The notes under the pieces were generated by a model. That model did no database searches, was not told the origin of the DNA, and saw only the letters and a program-made list of their open reading frames with translations. Below are positions 12,735 through 25,950 of a DNA stretch of 64,000 nt, one piece after another. Each line of letters begins with the position of its first letter. The first letter of the stretch is position 1. The position numbers were made by a program, and so were the translations under genes. This DNA is from Amphiscolops sp. MND2022 (taxonomy: Eukaryota), in the NCBI GenBank assembly GCA_964187785.1, contig OZ076409.1, positions 96,040,001 through 96,104,000 of the forward strand, given 5' to 3'.

Positions 12735-13410
12735 CCCTGGTTGGGAAAAAACACAAATCTTGCAAGATTCTGGCAGACTTTCTTGCAAGATCTTGCAATT
12801 GAATGCATTAACCTGGCAGATTTCTTGCAAGAATCTTGCAAGATTTGTGTCATCTTGCAAGATTCTTGCAAGATTTCTGTCATCTTGCAAGAATCTTGCA
12901 AGGTTCAAATTTTCTTCCAAGACTCCGTTTCATAGGCTGCCCCTCCTCAAGATATTTTGGCAATTGAAACAGTCATTCCCTTCAAAACTGAAAATGGTTC
13001 AATGCTAAAAAAATTTCTTTTCTGTTTGAAATTGATCCGATACAGTTAGATGCAATTCCAGTGAGCATTGAATCAGAGCCGTTCAAGAAGAATTTTTTTG
13101 TGCGATGTTTAAGATCCCAAATAAAAATAGGTGGTTTTCAGCTTTGTTTCTATTTTAATGCTTTATGTTCACGGCCATAGAAACTTCTCAATTTGCAGCA
13201 GAATTTTTGTCTGCATAGTGATGTAAGTCTTGCGAGAAATTCTTCTTGGTGATGCAAGTCTTTCAAGAATCTCGCAAGATTCTTGCAAGATATGACTTTT
13301 CTGTCAGATTCTTGCAAGATTTGCTTTTTCTGCCAGAATTTTGCAAGATTTACATTTTTCATGATTGTCTTGCAAGAATCTTGCAAGACATGCTTTTTTC
13401 TCGACAAGGG
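12735..13410. mobile_element. MITE with CCC termini and subterminal TCTTGCAAGA arrays
   Basis: TIR CCCTGGTTGGGAAAAAA / TTTTTTCTCGACAAGGG; many copies of the palindrome TCTTGCAAGA near both ends. Confidence 0.7.
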
Positions 13411-13970
13411 TTTTCAGAACAAAAATACGTCTGTACTTATGATGAAAACTTGAGCAAATTTTGCTAAATTTTGTGAACTTTTTGTCAATTGAATTTGTGA
13501 TTTGTTTTTTTTGTCTGTGAAATTGTATCCAGGTGTATGTTTCCTCCACATTTTAAAAAATGAGAGCCTCAAAGTTTGACAATCAGAATGCAGGTAATGG
13601 TAAATAAATAGAAACCCAAATAAAATTTTATTTGAAGGGCAAAAGAATCAAAAACTGATATCGCAAAGAAAATTTCAACATTTTGCAAAGAAAGGTGGTA
13701 TTTGCTAACTTCCCTAACATTTCCACAGAAAAAAGTTTTTGAAAACGAATGTAAACCAGATAAAAATCCAGGAAACTTTCATCAAAGTAATTTCTCGCGA
13801 TAATTAATAGTTTCAAAGATAATAACTGAAATAGTGGCTTTTATAACCGCTCACGCTTCAGAAAGCACTTCTGCCTGAAAAAAGATAATTTTTCTGATGA
13901 AAACGAAGTATTAGTTTCGTTCAAAAACGCTCGTTTCCTGACTTCTTTTTACAAATGTAGTGAATTTCAG

Positions 13971-14120
13971 GTGTTCAAATTGATAGTGAGCAGTTTGAAG
14001 ATACGACTCTCGATAATCGCTGGCACTCTTGTCTTGGTGGTTTTCTCCATCTACCATTTGGCGCAAATGCCACAGTATCTGGACACTGCGGAGTTCATAG
14101 CTACTGACTCGCCTCTTCAG
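13971..14120 (+). CDS. Patched-family exon (TM7 and start of second extracellular loop)
   Basis: tttcag|GTG acceptor, CAG|gtaagt donor, 150 nt; VFKLIVSSLKIRLSIIAGTLVLVVFSIYHLAQMPQYLDTAEFIATDSPLQ. Confidence 0.85.
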
Positions 14121-14142
14121 GTAAGTAGAAGTCAGATCAAGT

Positions 14143-14565
14143 TAGGGCCAGCATTAAATAACGTGCGAACATGTCCAAAAATCACGCACTTATTCACGCT
14201 ATTTTGAATCAAAAATCACGCTAAAATCACGCACTAAAAATTACAATAGTTGAATTCTTTTCAATTCTCCAGAATTATATACAAAAACAGCTGTTATTTG
14301 ATAATTTCTGGGTCCAAACTTTGGCGCTTTGAAGTGAAAATATTTGAAATATAGAATAGTTACTTCAAAGCCATTATATTCTGCCAATTTCAATGCCTTT
14401 TTGTTCTATATTATCCAATTTTCTAGAATATTCTAGAATAGTTACTTCACAACAGTCATATTCCGCCAATTGCTTGTTTCGCTGTAAAATCACGCCATGT
14501 CACGGAGCATTCTAATTGGCTAGAAAATTACGCTAATTCACGTGCGTGATTTTATGCTGGCCTTA
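14143..14565. mobile_element. hAT-like MITE
   Basis: TIR TAGGGCCAGCAT / ATGCTGGCCTTA; degenerate 8-bp TSD GATCAAGT/TATCAAGG; AAATCACGC subterminal repeats. Confidence 0.7.
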
Positions 14566-15046
14566 TATCAAGGTCTGAGACACACAATAAATGTTTCTGA
14601 AACTTACTGCTATGGAAGTAGCGGCACGCCGCTCCAATTAGGTTTGTCTTCGAATTCTTGCATTGAAATCAAGACGTATTTGGAGACATAGTAAATAATT
14701 AATAAATGAATTCATCTGGCTTAAAAGCCGGAAAAGACCTCCAGTAGGCTATCCCCGTTTAGTGGAAGCCTTGAGGAACCTGTCAATGTAATTTGGACAA
14801 CATGCTTGAAACGAAGACATTTACGAGAGGGAATTTTTCTAAGTAATTTTGAGATATGATCAAATTGAAGATTTGTGCATTGTTTTTCAAGTTTCACTGG
14901 CTTAACTGTACAAATTCTGGATTTTATGAACTCCAGAATATTACCCCCCAATCACATCATACTTTTGAAAAATTGGTTAAAAAATAAAAAAACTTCTATC
15001 CAATAATTTCATTCTGGTTTGAAAATTGAAACAGTTTGAATTGAAG

Positions 15047-15148
15047 GATTATTTGAAGAGGGATGACGTCACGAAACATGTCAACCTACCAGTCACTTTC
15101 GTCATAAACCAGAGTCTGGCCTACTGGGAAGTCCAAACTTGGAAACAG
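15047..15148 (+). CDS. Patched-family exon (DYLKRDDVTKHVNLPVTFVINQSLAYWEVQTWKQ), not in the ORF track
   Basis: ttgaag|GAT acceptor, CAG|gttcca donor, 102 nt, phase 0/0; resembles the DY....D.....GPPV..V....LDYW motif. Confidence 0.7.
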
Positions 15149-15806
15149 GTTCCAAACTCATCCGACAACTTTGCTTGGAAACAAAACCGGTCCAAGGGCT
15201 GACAAAGTGGAAAAATTATGGAAACTTTTGAAATTTTGATAAAAATTTTGTATTTTCTTGAAAACCATGGAAGGGATTTGGCCAAAAACGCCAAGATTAA
15301 ACACGATCTAGCGAGATCTTGCCAAGAGTTTCCCGGGAAAAGGTAACAAAAGTGAATAGAAATAAAAGAAAACAGTCGGAAACTGCGGCTTGTTTAAGCT
15401 ACCTTCGGAAAAAAGTTAGCAGCTTCTAGTTCTGGTACACTTTGCACAAAACAGCTATAGACAGTTAACTTTGCATCCGAAATAAATGGAAACTAGTCGT
15501 CATTGTAAAATAATGTCGAAAATTGCTTTTGGCAAGTAAAATGTTTAAAAAACTCTAGGTAAAAAAAATACAACACATGCAAAAAATCACATGATGTATC
15601 TGAACATGGAAAAGTGAGGATGCGAAATCAATAATAAGAGTATTCGAGATCAATTGTGACGTCATTCAACCATTTTTGGCTTTCGCGGCACCCAAAAATC
15701 TGAGCTGCAAAGTACACAGCAGTACAGTTAACGTTATATTACCGTAGCACAAGATAATTCTTAAAATTTACCAAATAAAGTTTGGAATCTGGTTTAACTT
15801 CTACAG

Positions 15807-16134
15807 CTAGACAAACTGCAGAATGAAATTTATGCCTCTGGTTACTTTGAAAGAGACACGGCTATTCCAGAGTTGAACTGGCTTCAGCTGTTCAGATCCT
15901 ACTTTCCAAACTCCTCAAACAAAACCGAGTTTTTCAAAGACCAGCTACCGAGGTTGTTCAGAAAACATCCAGTTATTCAGAGTGACTTGATATTCAATGA
16001 TGGCTCAGTTTCTAGCGAAGATAAAGAGATTATCGCTTCGCGGTTTTTTCTTACTATGCCAGTCATTTCTGGATTAGAAAGACCCGACTTAGCTGAACAC
16101 TTTTTGGATACCGTGCAGCAAATTCTCGACCAGG
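15807..16134 (+). CDS. Patched-family exon (second extracellular domain)
   Basis: ctacag|CTA acceptor in frame with ORF 15873; WLQLFRSYF...SDLIF...IIASRFF motifs; CAGG|gtaggg phase-1 donor. Confidence 0.85.
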
Positions 16135-16804
16135 GTAGGGAGAAGCGTTGTGGCACTGCAATATTTTTTTTGTTTTCACTTTGAATCAAAAATTCGGCAT
16201 AAAAGAACTTTTGAAGTTCACGTAAAGTCAACGAAGATTCTCTATGGGAAATGTTTACATGAGTTATTGCCTTTTTTGCATTGAATGGGGGGCTGTTTTT
16301 CTGTACACGACGCATTCAATTTAAAACAAGCATTTTTGTTCACCATTAAGAATTTGCTTCAAGTAGCAAAAGTTGATAGCTTTTTAGAATTCTATTTTTG
16401 GAAATTTGAGTGAAAATAGGTACTCAGTTGTTCAATAACTGTTTCAAAAATCTTTGAAAGGCAAAAAACTTCAGAAACGAACAACAGCAGAAGTAAGTTA
16501 AATAGGAGAAAAATGAAAATAAGTTATCGCAAAAAAATTTAGTCTCGCAAAAAATACCAGCCGCTCTTTCACTTAAATTCGTTTATTTTGCCCATTTTGG
16601 CTTTATAAGAGGCCATTTTTTTACCGCTACCAACGTCTGAACATTTTCATTCCAAACTTTGTTTAAAAAGTAATCACAAGAAGTTTCGCTCTAGATGAAA
16701 AGCAGTGGTTTTTGAAAGTTTTTATCAAATTGGATTTCCAAAACGGTTTTATCTGGGAACTTGAAAAAGTCATCAGTACTTTGTTTAAATCAAGTTTCCA
16801 ACAG

Positions 16805-17056
16805 AAAAGTATATCACTGAAAATAAATGTTTCTCCCAACTCCGTTGTGAACTGAACTCAGCCGATTTCGAGGTTTTGATGGCGCAATTGAGTTTCAACG
16901 AGTGGGAAATGATGATGCACGTTCGGAAGTCGACGTGGAAAAGCATAATAGTCGCAATATTCACATGCAGCCTCACGGTTTTGCTGCTGATTCCAGAAAT
17001 GTCTGTTTTCCTCTGTATCACCATTACCACTGCTATCACCATTGTGACGTCACTAG
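16805..17056 (+). CDS. Patched-family exon (TM8-TM9)
   Basis: ccaacag|AA phase-1 acceptor; hydrophobic SIIVAIFTCSLTVLLLIP...ITIVTSLG; G|gtaagc donor. Confidence 0.85.
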
Positions 17057-17198
17057 GTAAGCAGGGATTAAGGGATTAAACAAATTGGAATTTCACGAAA
17101 AATTAAGCGTCATCTTTAGGTTTCGGAAAAACCAGTGACGATCGGTTACAACAATTCAACGGAATATAAATTATTATTTTCAGCCCACAAATATTGGG

Positions 17199-17657
17199 CA
17201 GGGCCTCCGTAGAAATATTTGCCATATTATGGTGTATGTTCCCTCAATTATTTCCATAAATTAGGCTGTGAAATGAACTATTTCCATAAATCTTGGTTAA
17301 AAATAAATAATTGCAATAATTGTAAATTGGCAAAAAGTAATACACAAACTTTTTGATACAAGTTCGGCGTTCCAAAAAGTCTTGTCAAGGAAGAGAATTT
17401 TAGTAGTGTACAAATTTTAATTGGATGATGCAATACAATACGTCAGCTACAAGATAAACAAACTACTGCGTCATGCGTCTGATGAAAGGAGTACCCCCAA
17501 AGATGCCTAAAATAAAAATACAATTATTGCCAAAACTGTTCCGTAAATCATTTCCATATTAAAGATCTGGAAATAAATTATTCCCATAATTACTTACATG
17601 AAATAAATTATTTATGGCATTTATTTCACTAAAAAAAATCTTTTTACGGAGACCCTG
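17199..17657. mobile_element. hAT-like MITE
   Basis: TIR CAGGGCCTCCGTAGAAA / TTTTTACGGAGACCCTG; 8-bp TSD ATATTGGG/ATAATGGG; ATTTCCATA subterminal repeats. Confidence 0.8.
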
Positions 17658-17660
17658 ATA

Positions 17661-17893
17661 ATGGGGGAGGAAAATCATGATCTGTGTTGCGCTTTTTTCC
17701 AAATTCTGTCAAATCTCCTCCCAGATCCTCCCCATCGACTTCACTTGACTATTTGTTACTTTACTAGTTTAGTTACTTGGTAGAGCAGTTGGTAGTGCGT
17801 CTGGCTGGCAGCCATGAGGTCGTGGGTTCGAACCCTGGCTGATGCGTTACATTTTTAGCGGAAAATATCCCTGTGCTTAGCGGGCGTCTTGTT
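17661..17893 (+). mobile_element. Interspersed repeat with a tRNA-derived segment and a Helitron-like 3' end
   Basis: A-box TAGAGCAGTTGG and B-box GGTTCGAACC; ends CCCTGTGCTTAGCGGGCGTCTTGT; inverted homolog at 20764-21052. Confidence 0.55.
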
Positions 17894-19333
17894 TATTAAT
17901 TAACAGTGTTTCAATGTATCCATTTAACAGATTTTCATTTTCAAAGTTCTTCATGAATGTTTTTTTCAATGCAAAGGTTGACGCAATTTAAACAGAAATT
18001 AATCGAAATTTAAAAATAACAAATTCTCACAAATCATGCATGCTTGAGACAATTATCGATGCTTCGGACACAATCTAAAGGCTCCAGCACATTCTACATT
18101 GCTAGTATACAGTAGTGATATTTGTAAAAGCAACAAAAGGCAAATCTCAAAATCGAATATCTCTGAAATAGCAGCGATTTCTAAACAATGAGAAAAGTGA
18201 ATGTTTCTTAGATTTTTATCTAGTTTACAAATTTGTTTATTTGAAGGTTATGCGATGAAAATTGTAGAAGTTGCATAAGCCATTTTTAACCAAATTTAGG
18301 TCAAAATTGAGGTTTTTCTCACTTTTAGTCAACTTTTGCTTGAAATTTCAGAGCAAATTTCAGAGCATTTTTATGTGCAATTGACTCCCCTGATTTAACT
18401 GAAGCCTTTGATATGTTTCGATTTAGAAATCATCTTCAAATCGTAGAAAAATGCGCTGCTGCAAAATTAGACTTTTTTGGAAGTACATGAGTTAAGATAT
18501 GATTTTGATGTTTATCAACTTAAAAGAAGCTCATACTAATGCAATTTAGAATACTTTCGAGAAAAAATTATATTGTCAGATTCGAAATGTTTGGGAGAAT
18601 TTTTCTGTCAAACCTATTCTGAAATCAAAAATTTGTAAGTGGGTCAAAATTTCAAAAAACTAAAAATGATGTTTAGGAAATCGACCAATGAAATGAGCGC
18701 GTGAGACCTTGATCAGCCAATGAGATTTGTTTATTTGCTTTCTTTCCGCGTGCTATGTTGCTTCTTCTAGAATCAATACTGTAAACTCGGAACGTCCTCG
18801 CATTGTCCTGATCTTAGCCCGAAACGTTTCCTGGAAGCAATTGGTGAACTGGAATTCTCGAATTCTCGTTTCTCAGTTAAAAACTGCTTTACAGCCGCGA
18901 AATGTTCAATCGCATTCAGACCAATGTCTTTCAAGTTGACAAATTGATTGAATATAATTTTTTGGCCTCTACGAATTCACACCATCAACGATTCGTAGTT
19001 TTCTATGGGTTTTCATTGCCAAAAGCAACTCGGCCTTCAATCAGCACCTTTTACAGTTAAAAGTTCGTTTTAACCTCACATTAATCAAATAGATCAAACA
19101 AATTTCCAAATGTAAAAGGTGCCAATTGAAGAATTGAAAGCCGAGATGTTTTTGGCGTTGAAAATTCATACAAAACTTCAAATCGTTGATCATGTGAATT
19201 GTCAAAGGCCAAAAAAATTGACATCGATGGATAGTTCGTGCTAAGTTGAAGGGTTTTGAATTTGTTCCACGAATTCGAAGCACCGCTTTGATTTTTTGAC
19301 TTTCCTTATTATTCGCCGAGTTGTTTTAGACCA

Positions 19334-19938
19334 TTTTTAGTCGGCGCATTTTAGAAGAAAATGAGCCCGACTATTACAGTGGCAAGTTTTTTTTTCTTTT
19401 CTTTTTTTTTCGTCAGACCACAGAATGTATGCGTAGTGGACACTTTTTACAGAACTACTAAAAGTACTGCACCGGCAAGCGGAATCATATCTGAGTTACT
19501 GCAAAGGGTCCCCCCTTTCGTGTACTCAATTTTTAACGTAAGATACAAAACCGGACGGAACTACAGGGTCCCCCCTTTGAATTTTTTTTCGGCACTGTGC
19601 GACTTTTTTTTCGAATTTTCTTTTGTCGCCAAACGGTCCCCGTCAAGTTTTTTGATATTTTGCAGCAAACTGAAGTTTCAAAAAGCCCAAAGGGTCTCCC
19701 CTTTCAAATTTTTCGGCACTATGAGACTTTCAAAATTCTCATTTTTTTTCGAAAATTTCTACAAAAAAATTTTCGAATTTTTTAAAATGTCTCCAAAGGC
19801 CCTCCTTCATTTTTTTGATATTTTGCTACAAACTGGATTTTCGGAAAGCCGAAATCGTCCCTCCTTTTACAATTTTAAAAACTTTGCGCTTTTTGAGCCT
19901 TAGATATAGCGCCGACTTTAGACGTTCCCGTCTTGTTT
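19334..19938 (+). mobile_element. HINE copy C
   Basis: Same termini; variant hairpin AGACG-TTCC-CGTCT. Confidence 0.85.
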
Positions 19939-20763
19939 GCCCTAATTGTCGTTCAGTTTTGATATGATTGTAAAGCCCGTGGCACTTCTCTTGATATATT
20001 AAACATTGTATACAGATTGTCATATACTATAAAAGTACTTGAAACCGGTCTAATAGGCCTTAGTTTTAGTGGCCGATTTTAAATAAAGAAAAAAAACAAT
20101 GAATTAGATATAATTTTTAATCTTAAGAAAAATAAATTCACGTCCAAAAGGATTCAAAGGTTTTGACGGAAAATGCATCGAATTTCAAGACTTTGCAAGA
20201 ACTTTGCGCAAGAAGTGGTCCTTTCAAAGCGTTTTAGCTAGTGGACATCAAAGAAAATACTCAAAACATTTCGATTTGTTTGAAATATGTCAAATTGGTT
20301 CTTATAAAGTTGTTCGAAAATTTAACCGCATATTTTTAATAGTATTCTTGTATAATATGATATCATAGTATAATCAAGAAATTGGACTGTGTCTCGGCTA
20401 TTGACGTCATGTTCGAGCTTGAATTTTATTGGACACGACAAATTACGGCATCGAACTGAAGCGATCCGTATTTCTCATCCAATCAAAATAGTTTGATGTG
20501 CTGTAGTCGTTTTGAAACGTTTTTTTTTTGTGAGCGAAAAAATTACTAGCCAATTTAGTAAACAGAATCGAAGAGAGAATGCCGCAATTAAACGACCTTT
20601 TTGTGTGAATTTAAACTAGCTTCGCCCTGAATGCTGCAAGATTTAAAACAATTGATTCACAACTCTGGTTTTGGTTTTCAAGCTGTTTTTTGTTCAGTGG
20701 TCGATTAGCATTTTTTGGTTGCAAGCATGCATGCCCTTTGGGCAGGGTGACTTGCTATTACAC

Positions 20764-21052
20764 AACAAGACGCCCGCTAAGCACCGGGATATTTTCCGCC
20801 TTGACCGCTTTCACCAACTGAGCCATAGCTATTTTGGGAGGGGGAAATAGGATCTAAAGAATAAGATCTAAAACTTAGTGATTTTAGATCTTATTCCCTT
20901 TAGATCTTGTTCCCATTTTTACTTTGAGAGAGAGAGAGAGAGAACTTGAATTATGTTCATCAAGTCAAGTAATAGTCAAGTAATCAAAAGATGGAGATTT
21001 GGCAACATTTGGAAAAAAAACGCATCACAGATCATGATTTTTCTCCCCCATT
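20764..21052 (-). mobile_element. Second copy of the tRNA-derived/Helitron-like repeat
   Basis: Both ends are reverse complements of 17661-17893; A-box TGGCTCAGTTGG retained; internal palindrome and (GA)n tract. Confidence 0.55.
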
Positions 21053-21130
21053 TGTAAAATAATGTAATAATAATGTACAATATTGTATGTACTAGATTTA
21101 TACGTTTTCGTGTTTTTTGTCTGCGTGCAG

Positions 21131-21292
21131 GAATGATGGCGGCATTTGGGTTGACCTACAACATAGTGACGTATACGCAGATAATTGTCAGCATTGGTCT
21201 CAGCGTGGACTACATGAGTCACGCGGGCTACAGCTTCCACATCGAGCAAGGGGAGCCTCTGCAGAGATGCGAAAAGTCTCTGTCTTCCATGG
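21131..21292 (+). CDS. Patched-family exon (TM10, GLSVDY motif)
   Basis: gtgcag|GA acceptor; MMAAFGLTYNIVTYTQIIVSIGLSVDYMSH contains the RND/Patched GxxxD motif. The only phase-compatible donor found is GC (G|gctagt). Confidence 0.85.
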
Positions 21293-21350
21293 GCTAGTAT
21301 TCTATTATATTGTAGTCTGTGCTTGCTCGCTTCCAATAATTTGGTTACTA

Positions 21351-21770
21351 GGTGAACCAAAAACAACAGAACGCATAAAAGTATTTGACCTCTAAAAATG
21401 AATTTCAGAATTTCAGAATTTCAGCTTGTCAATCATTCAGTTTGACAACATTGCTTTCACACATTCGAGTGTCAAAGTGAATCTCAGAATTTCAGCTTGT
21501 CAATCATTCAGTTTGACAACATTGCTTTCACACATTCGAGTGTTAAAGAACTTTGACACATCAGAAGTGCGAACAAAGACTGTAAAGATTTCTAGACTTT
21601 CTTGGAATGTCCAAAACATGTTAACTTACTTATTTAAAGATGTGATTACGCAATGAAAGCTTCATTTTGAATGCTCAATCAAAAATGGATTGCTTATCAG
21701 CGAACTGTTTACAAATATTACAATTTTTGAAACGTCAAATTTTTTGCGCGTTCCGTTTTGTTTGTTCACC
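21351..21770. mobile_element. MITE (GGTGAAC...GTTCACC, TA-flanked) with an internal ~71-bp tandem duplication
   Basis: Imperfect ~40-bp TIRs; duplicated unit CAGAATTTCAGCTTGTC...GAGTGT at ~21414-21548. Confidence 0.6.
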
Positions 21771-24257
21771 TAATGATTTCTTATGTGGTAAACTTTCTGT
21801 ATCCTGCAGACCTCAAAACAAATTAACAACGTGAAAGATTGTTCTTCATTATCGCTTCTAAACAACACGTTCATTGCTATAGAACGCCCAGTACACATTC
21901 AAAAAACAAATTTGTGTTCAAAATAATACAAAAACCGTGACAACGTTGTTCGAAAATCAAGTTGTTTGTTGCTATGGTATCCGCATTTCTAGGTTGTATT
22001 CTGCGAAGCTAGATTCAATATATATTTGCTATTCACCTGTCGCAGCCCCCGCAAAGATGCGAAGACCAACAAAACATGGGAGTGTCTGGAGAAAAAGAAT
22101 CGAAAAAATTGACGTGAAACGACTCGAAAAGCGACAAAAAGAACCTGAAACAAACATCCAAGAAACCATCAGCTGAAGTACCTAAATATTTAGTGTAAAT
22201 AATCAGCTAATAAAGATAAAAAGTGATGCGCAGTAACTTAATACATACATATGTAAATATTCAAATAGTATTATTTGTGGCAGTTCATTTGCAGTCAAAC
22301 AGTCGGCGTGTGGACTGAATAATCGGTAGGCGCGTTTACTGGAGTGCTGCCTCCGGAGTAGTAGCTATCAATAGCAGTCCTTGTTGGTTGAATTGTTAAC
22401 CAACCAGAGAAAAGCGCAATTATGCTTAGTTGGCTGAGTAGCTGTCCAAGGCAGCCTACCAGTCAACCAGATTCGAGTCAACCGCCCAATCCTCTGACTC
22501 GCTTATCTTCTGTTACCACACTATGTAATCCCTAAACGATGCAATATTTTTATTTTGATCAGTTTTTTGTCTTGAAAGGGCTTGAATTTGAAATAGGAAG
22601 AAAATGTGATTCGGGAAAAGTTGTCCCAGTTTTGTAGTAATGTTTTGCTGTTTCTTTAATTTCAATCCTGAGTCAACGTCCCAGGCAGCATACTGTAATT
22701 CTGTGCCTGAGTAACCGTCCGGGATGAACTACAAACGGAATTGAGCGAAATAAAGATACTATTCAACCAAGGTGATGTTTAACGTATAAATGAGTTGTTC
22801 GATTTTATTTTTCCTAATCCGTTTATGATTTCATACATAGTAATCTGAGTCAACACCCTGGTCAATCAAACCAATGCCACAATTTTGGACTGGTAGCGTG
22901 GCGCAGGATCAGGACATTTTTGTTGTTTGATATTGTTTCAAAAACTAATTGCAAATATTATCTGTTCTGTTAGTTTCTTAGAGGGGTTTTAAATTAGGTA
23001 TTTGGAGCATTTTGTTGATTCAATTTGAGTAAATTCCCACTTTTTACTTCTATTTAAAAGTCATTTATTTCCCGCGTCAGTAGCTAAGTTCAGGAAATTC
23101 AGTGCCAACTAAAATTTCAGCTCCCAAATTGGAGGGCAATGACGCTGAAAGGACGCGGAATTGCTATTTCAGCAGAAAGTTGGTTCCCATTTTTCCTTAA
23201 ACGTGAGCTGCTATTGAAAGCCGAATCCTGAGGAAGCCTACATAATTTGAATTTCTTTGCCTCGGAAAGACGCCGAGCTGAACAACTTGTGAATTTAACG
23301 CTCGTGTTTATCTAGTGCAAAGAGTACGAATACCGGAAGCAGGAATTTGAAAAAACACTATTTTGTCTATGGATTAATTTGTGCAGTACTCATTTTCCTC
23401 TCTAATCTTGAATACTGATCAAACTGAGAATCTTATTCGCAATTAATATTCAATCTTGTATCTTCTAATCATCCAATAATTTTGTATAGTTTTTTGTTCC
23501 TACGTAATAATCCCAGATTTCGCTGCGTTAATACCGCAAAGATCTTTTTGGCAGACAGTTCGAAACCGTTACGAGATTGAGAGAAAACAACTGTCAAAAT
23601 AATAATTCAGTTGTAATTTTGCCATCAGTGTTTTTCTAAGACCATATGCCTGAGGAGACAAACAAAAAGCCCGAGAAAAGACTCCTTCGAGGAAACAAGA
23701 GTAGAGATCACCGAAAATGTTAAAAGATTCTAGCTTGTCTGAAAGAGGCCTTGAGAACATTACTAACAAGAGAAAGAAGTCTCTGAAAGTTTTCAGGACG
23801 CTAAGCTAGGACAGCGAGGAGTCCTGAGATTGATTGAGAATATGTCATCAAAAGTTGATAGCATAACGGGGTCAAATCGAGACCCTTGCAGTTCAAATCG
23901 AGGAGTAAATTCGAGAGGAGGTTCATTAAAGGGAAACGCCCAAGAAATAGAGGACTCTCAGGAAGTAACTCGGCAAGTCAGTTACGACTTCATCACTCCA
24001 GCATAACGGCTCCAAGATATGTTGTGCTAAAAAAACGTGCTGAATGCTACCCCGTTTTAGGGTATTTCTATGCATCAAAACAAAGTATTTGAATTCATTT
24101 ATATGCATTGAAATGAGTATTTGACTTCATCTAAAACTCGAAGCTGTGAAATTTTTTCGGAATAACAGAATAATTTTTCCTGTGTCATTTCGAATCTGTT
24201 GTTTTTAGCTCACGGTTTTTTGTTAAATTTTGCTTAAGTAATTGTGCTGTTTTTCAG

Positions 24258-24432
24258 GAGTTGCTCTCACTAACGCAGCCTTGTCGTCCTTAATCGGAAT
24301 CCTGTTTCTGTCGGTTTCTCCCATATATGGATACAAAACTTTCTTCATCAGCTTCGCTACTTTGTTCACGCTGAGTTTGCTGTTCGGAGTTCTGTTCCTT
24401 CCGGTTCTTCTCTCTTTCGTGGCTGGGCCGAG
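24258..24432 (+). CDS. Patched-family exon (TM11-TM12); may instead run to the stop at 24496
   Basis: ttttcag|GA phase-1 acceptor; VALTNAALSSLIGILFLSVSPIYGYKTFF...LFGVLFLPVLLSFVAGP is typical of the Patched C-terminus; AG|gtataa donor at 24433. Confidence 0.85.
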
Positions 24433-25950
24433 GTATAAGGAAAAAGACGGAAAATGTTCAAACAGGCATTCTAAAACTTTTTTCTGTTTTTGGTAAATTA
24501 TCAAAAATTCTGAATAGTTTCTGATTCTGAAGTGGATAGTTCTTTGGCATGTTTTGAAAGAACTTCATCAACTTCTGAATTGAAAATATTATTGCAAAAA
24601 TTTTGAAAATAATTGAAAATAGCATCGGAAAATAGCAAGTTCAAATAGCGGTATTCAAATTCTATTTCAGAAATTTGAATTTGATAGATTGGACCGAAAT
24701 GGTTTCGTAATTCCTTTTTCTTTACATGGTTTTGCAAATTCAAGAAACTTTTTGAATATTATCAAAGTTTGGAGCCTATTCTATGTATAACTCAATATCA
24801 CGATAAAAAGATGTCTATGATAAGATAATGGCGGAGATTCGGATATGGTAAGGGCCCGTTCTCAGGGCTCTTGTGTCCGAGGTTCGGCTATTACTTCGAA
24901 CGCATCTTACAGCCATTCTCTAACTTTCTTAGAGCTCATTTGGTCTGAATGTTGGGCTCTTGGTTTCAAAAATTGTCTATTCACAATCAAAAAGGTAGCC
25001 TAAGCTTCTTCCGTTTTTCTTCGCCTTATCGATCCGTTTCAAACTTGAAACTTCACCGTGAATACTACTAATGAGGGAACGGATTTCATTGTAACACTTA
25101 ACCTCTATGGGATTCCCATGTTTGGTCGCAAATTTTTGCTATATATTTACTATATTTAAAAACATTTTTGCATATTTTGACCGATAGTTCTCAGAAAACA
25201 AAAATTCCAATTGATTTTTTTGTATAGAGCGGAAGCTTATATTCCTCAAAAACACCAACTTTTCAAGGTTCAGTTTACGGACATTGATATTGCTTGATTT
25301 TGAAGTCGAAATGAAAATTGGACTCAAATTTGAACTGAAATTGAAAAAATATTTCTGTTTTGTCAATCCTACAATCTAAACACGGCTATTGGGAATTGCG
25401 AAACCATGATATTGTGAATTAGAATGCGTTTCATAACAAACAAACGGTCGTTTCGCCCATATTTTTTGTATATTCCCATATTCCAGCTATATTACTCTCT
25501 CGAAAGAATCCAAACCAGCAAAGAACTATAAAAATATATGCTTAAATTGCATGTTTGAGCAATTTTTGCAATAAGTTCTAATATAATTAACGTTTTTCTC
25601 GCCAACTTTGTTCTATGCACGGTATTTTTTTCAAATATCTGTAGGCTTCATGGATTTTGCAAAGCACAGTGAAATTCTGCCAGGATTTTTCAAGCTGCAG
25701 GGAAGCTTAGCAAGAGTTGTTCATGCATGCTCTCTGAATTTTCTATGTTTTCGAAAAAGATTCTCGGCATGCCTTCATGCAGCATGTAATGAGCTCAAGC
25801 AGTTTCAACTATGAGTGCCTCATGAGTTCAAATTTATTCAGTCGCTTTCAAAGGTATATATTTTTCTTTTTTTAAAAAAAATCCTAATTAAAAGGAATGC
25901 CTCTTTGCGTAGTTTATTCTTTACAAATGCAATCATTTGCTGCTTCTCAG

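Noticed and set aside
12757..13390. TCTTGCAAGA array as a CRISPR array
   Set aside because: Repeats are 10-12 bp with short, similar spacers, bounded by TIRs, with no cas genes and a eukaryotic context.
17470..17510. Hammerhead ribozyme at CTGATGA
   Set aside because: No stem II followed by GAAA, and no flanking helices found.
17775..17850. Functional tRNA gene
   Set aside because: A and B boxes are present, but there is no convincing acceptor stem and it is embedded in a repeat.
25608..25814. Additional Patched exon
   Set aside because: No frame gives a compatible open exon between the 24433 donor and the downstream candidate exon.
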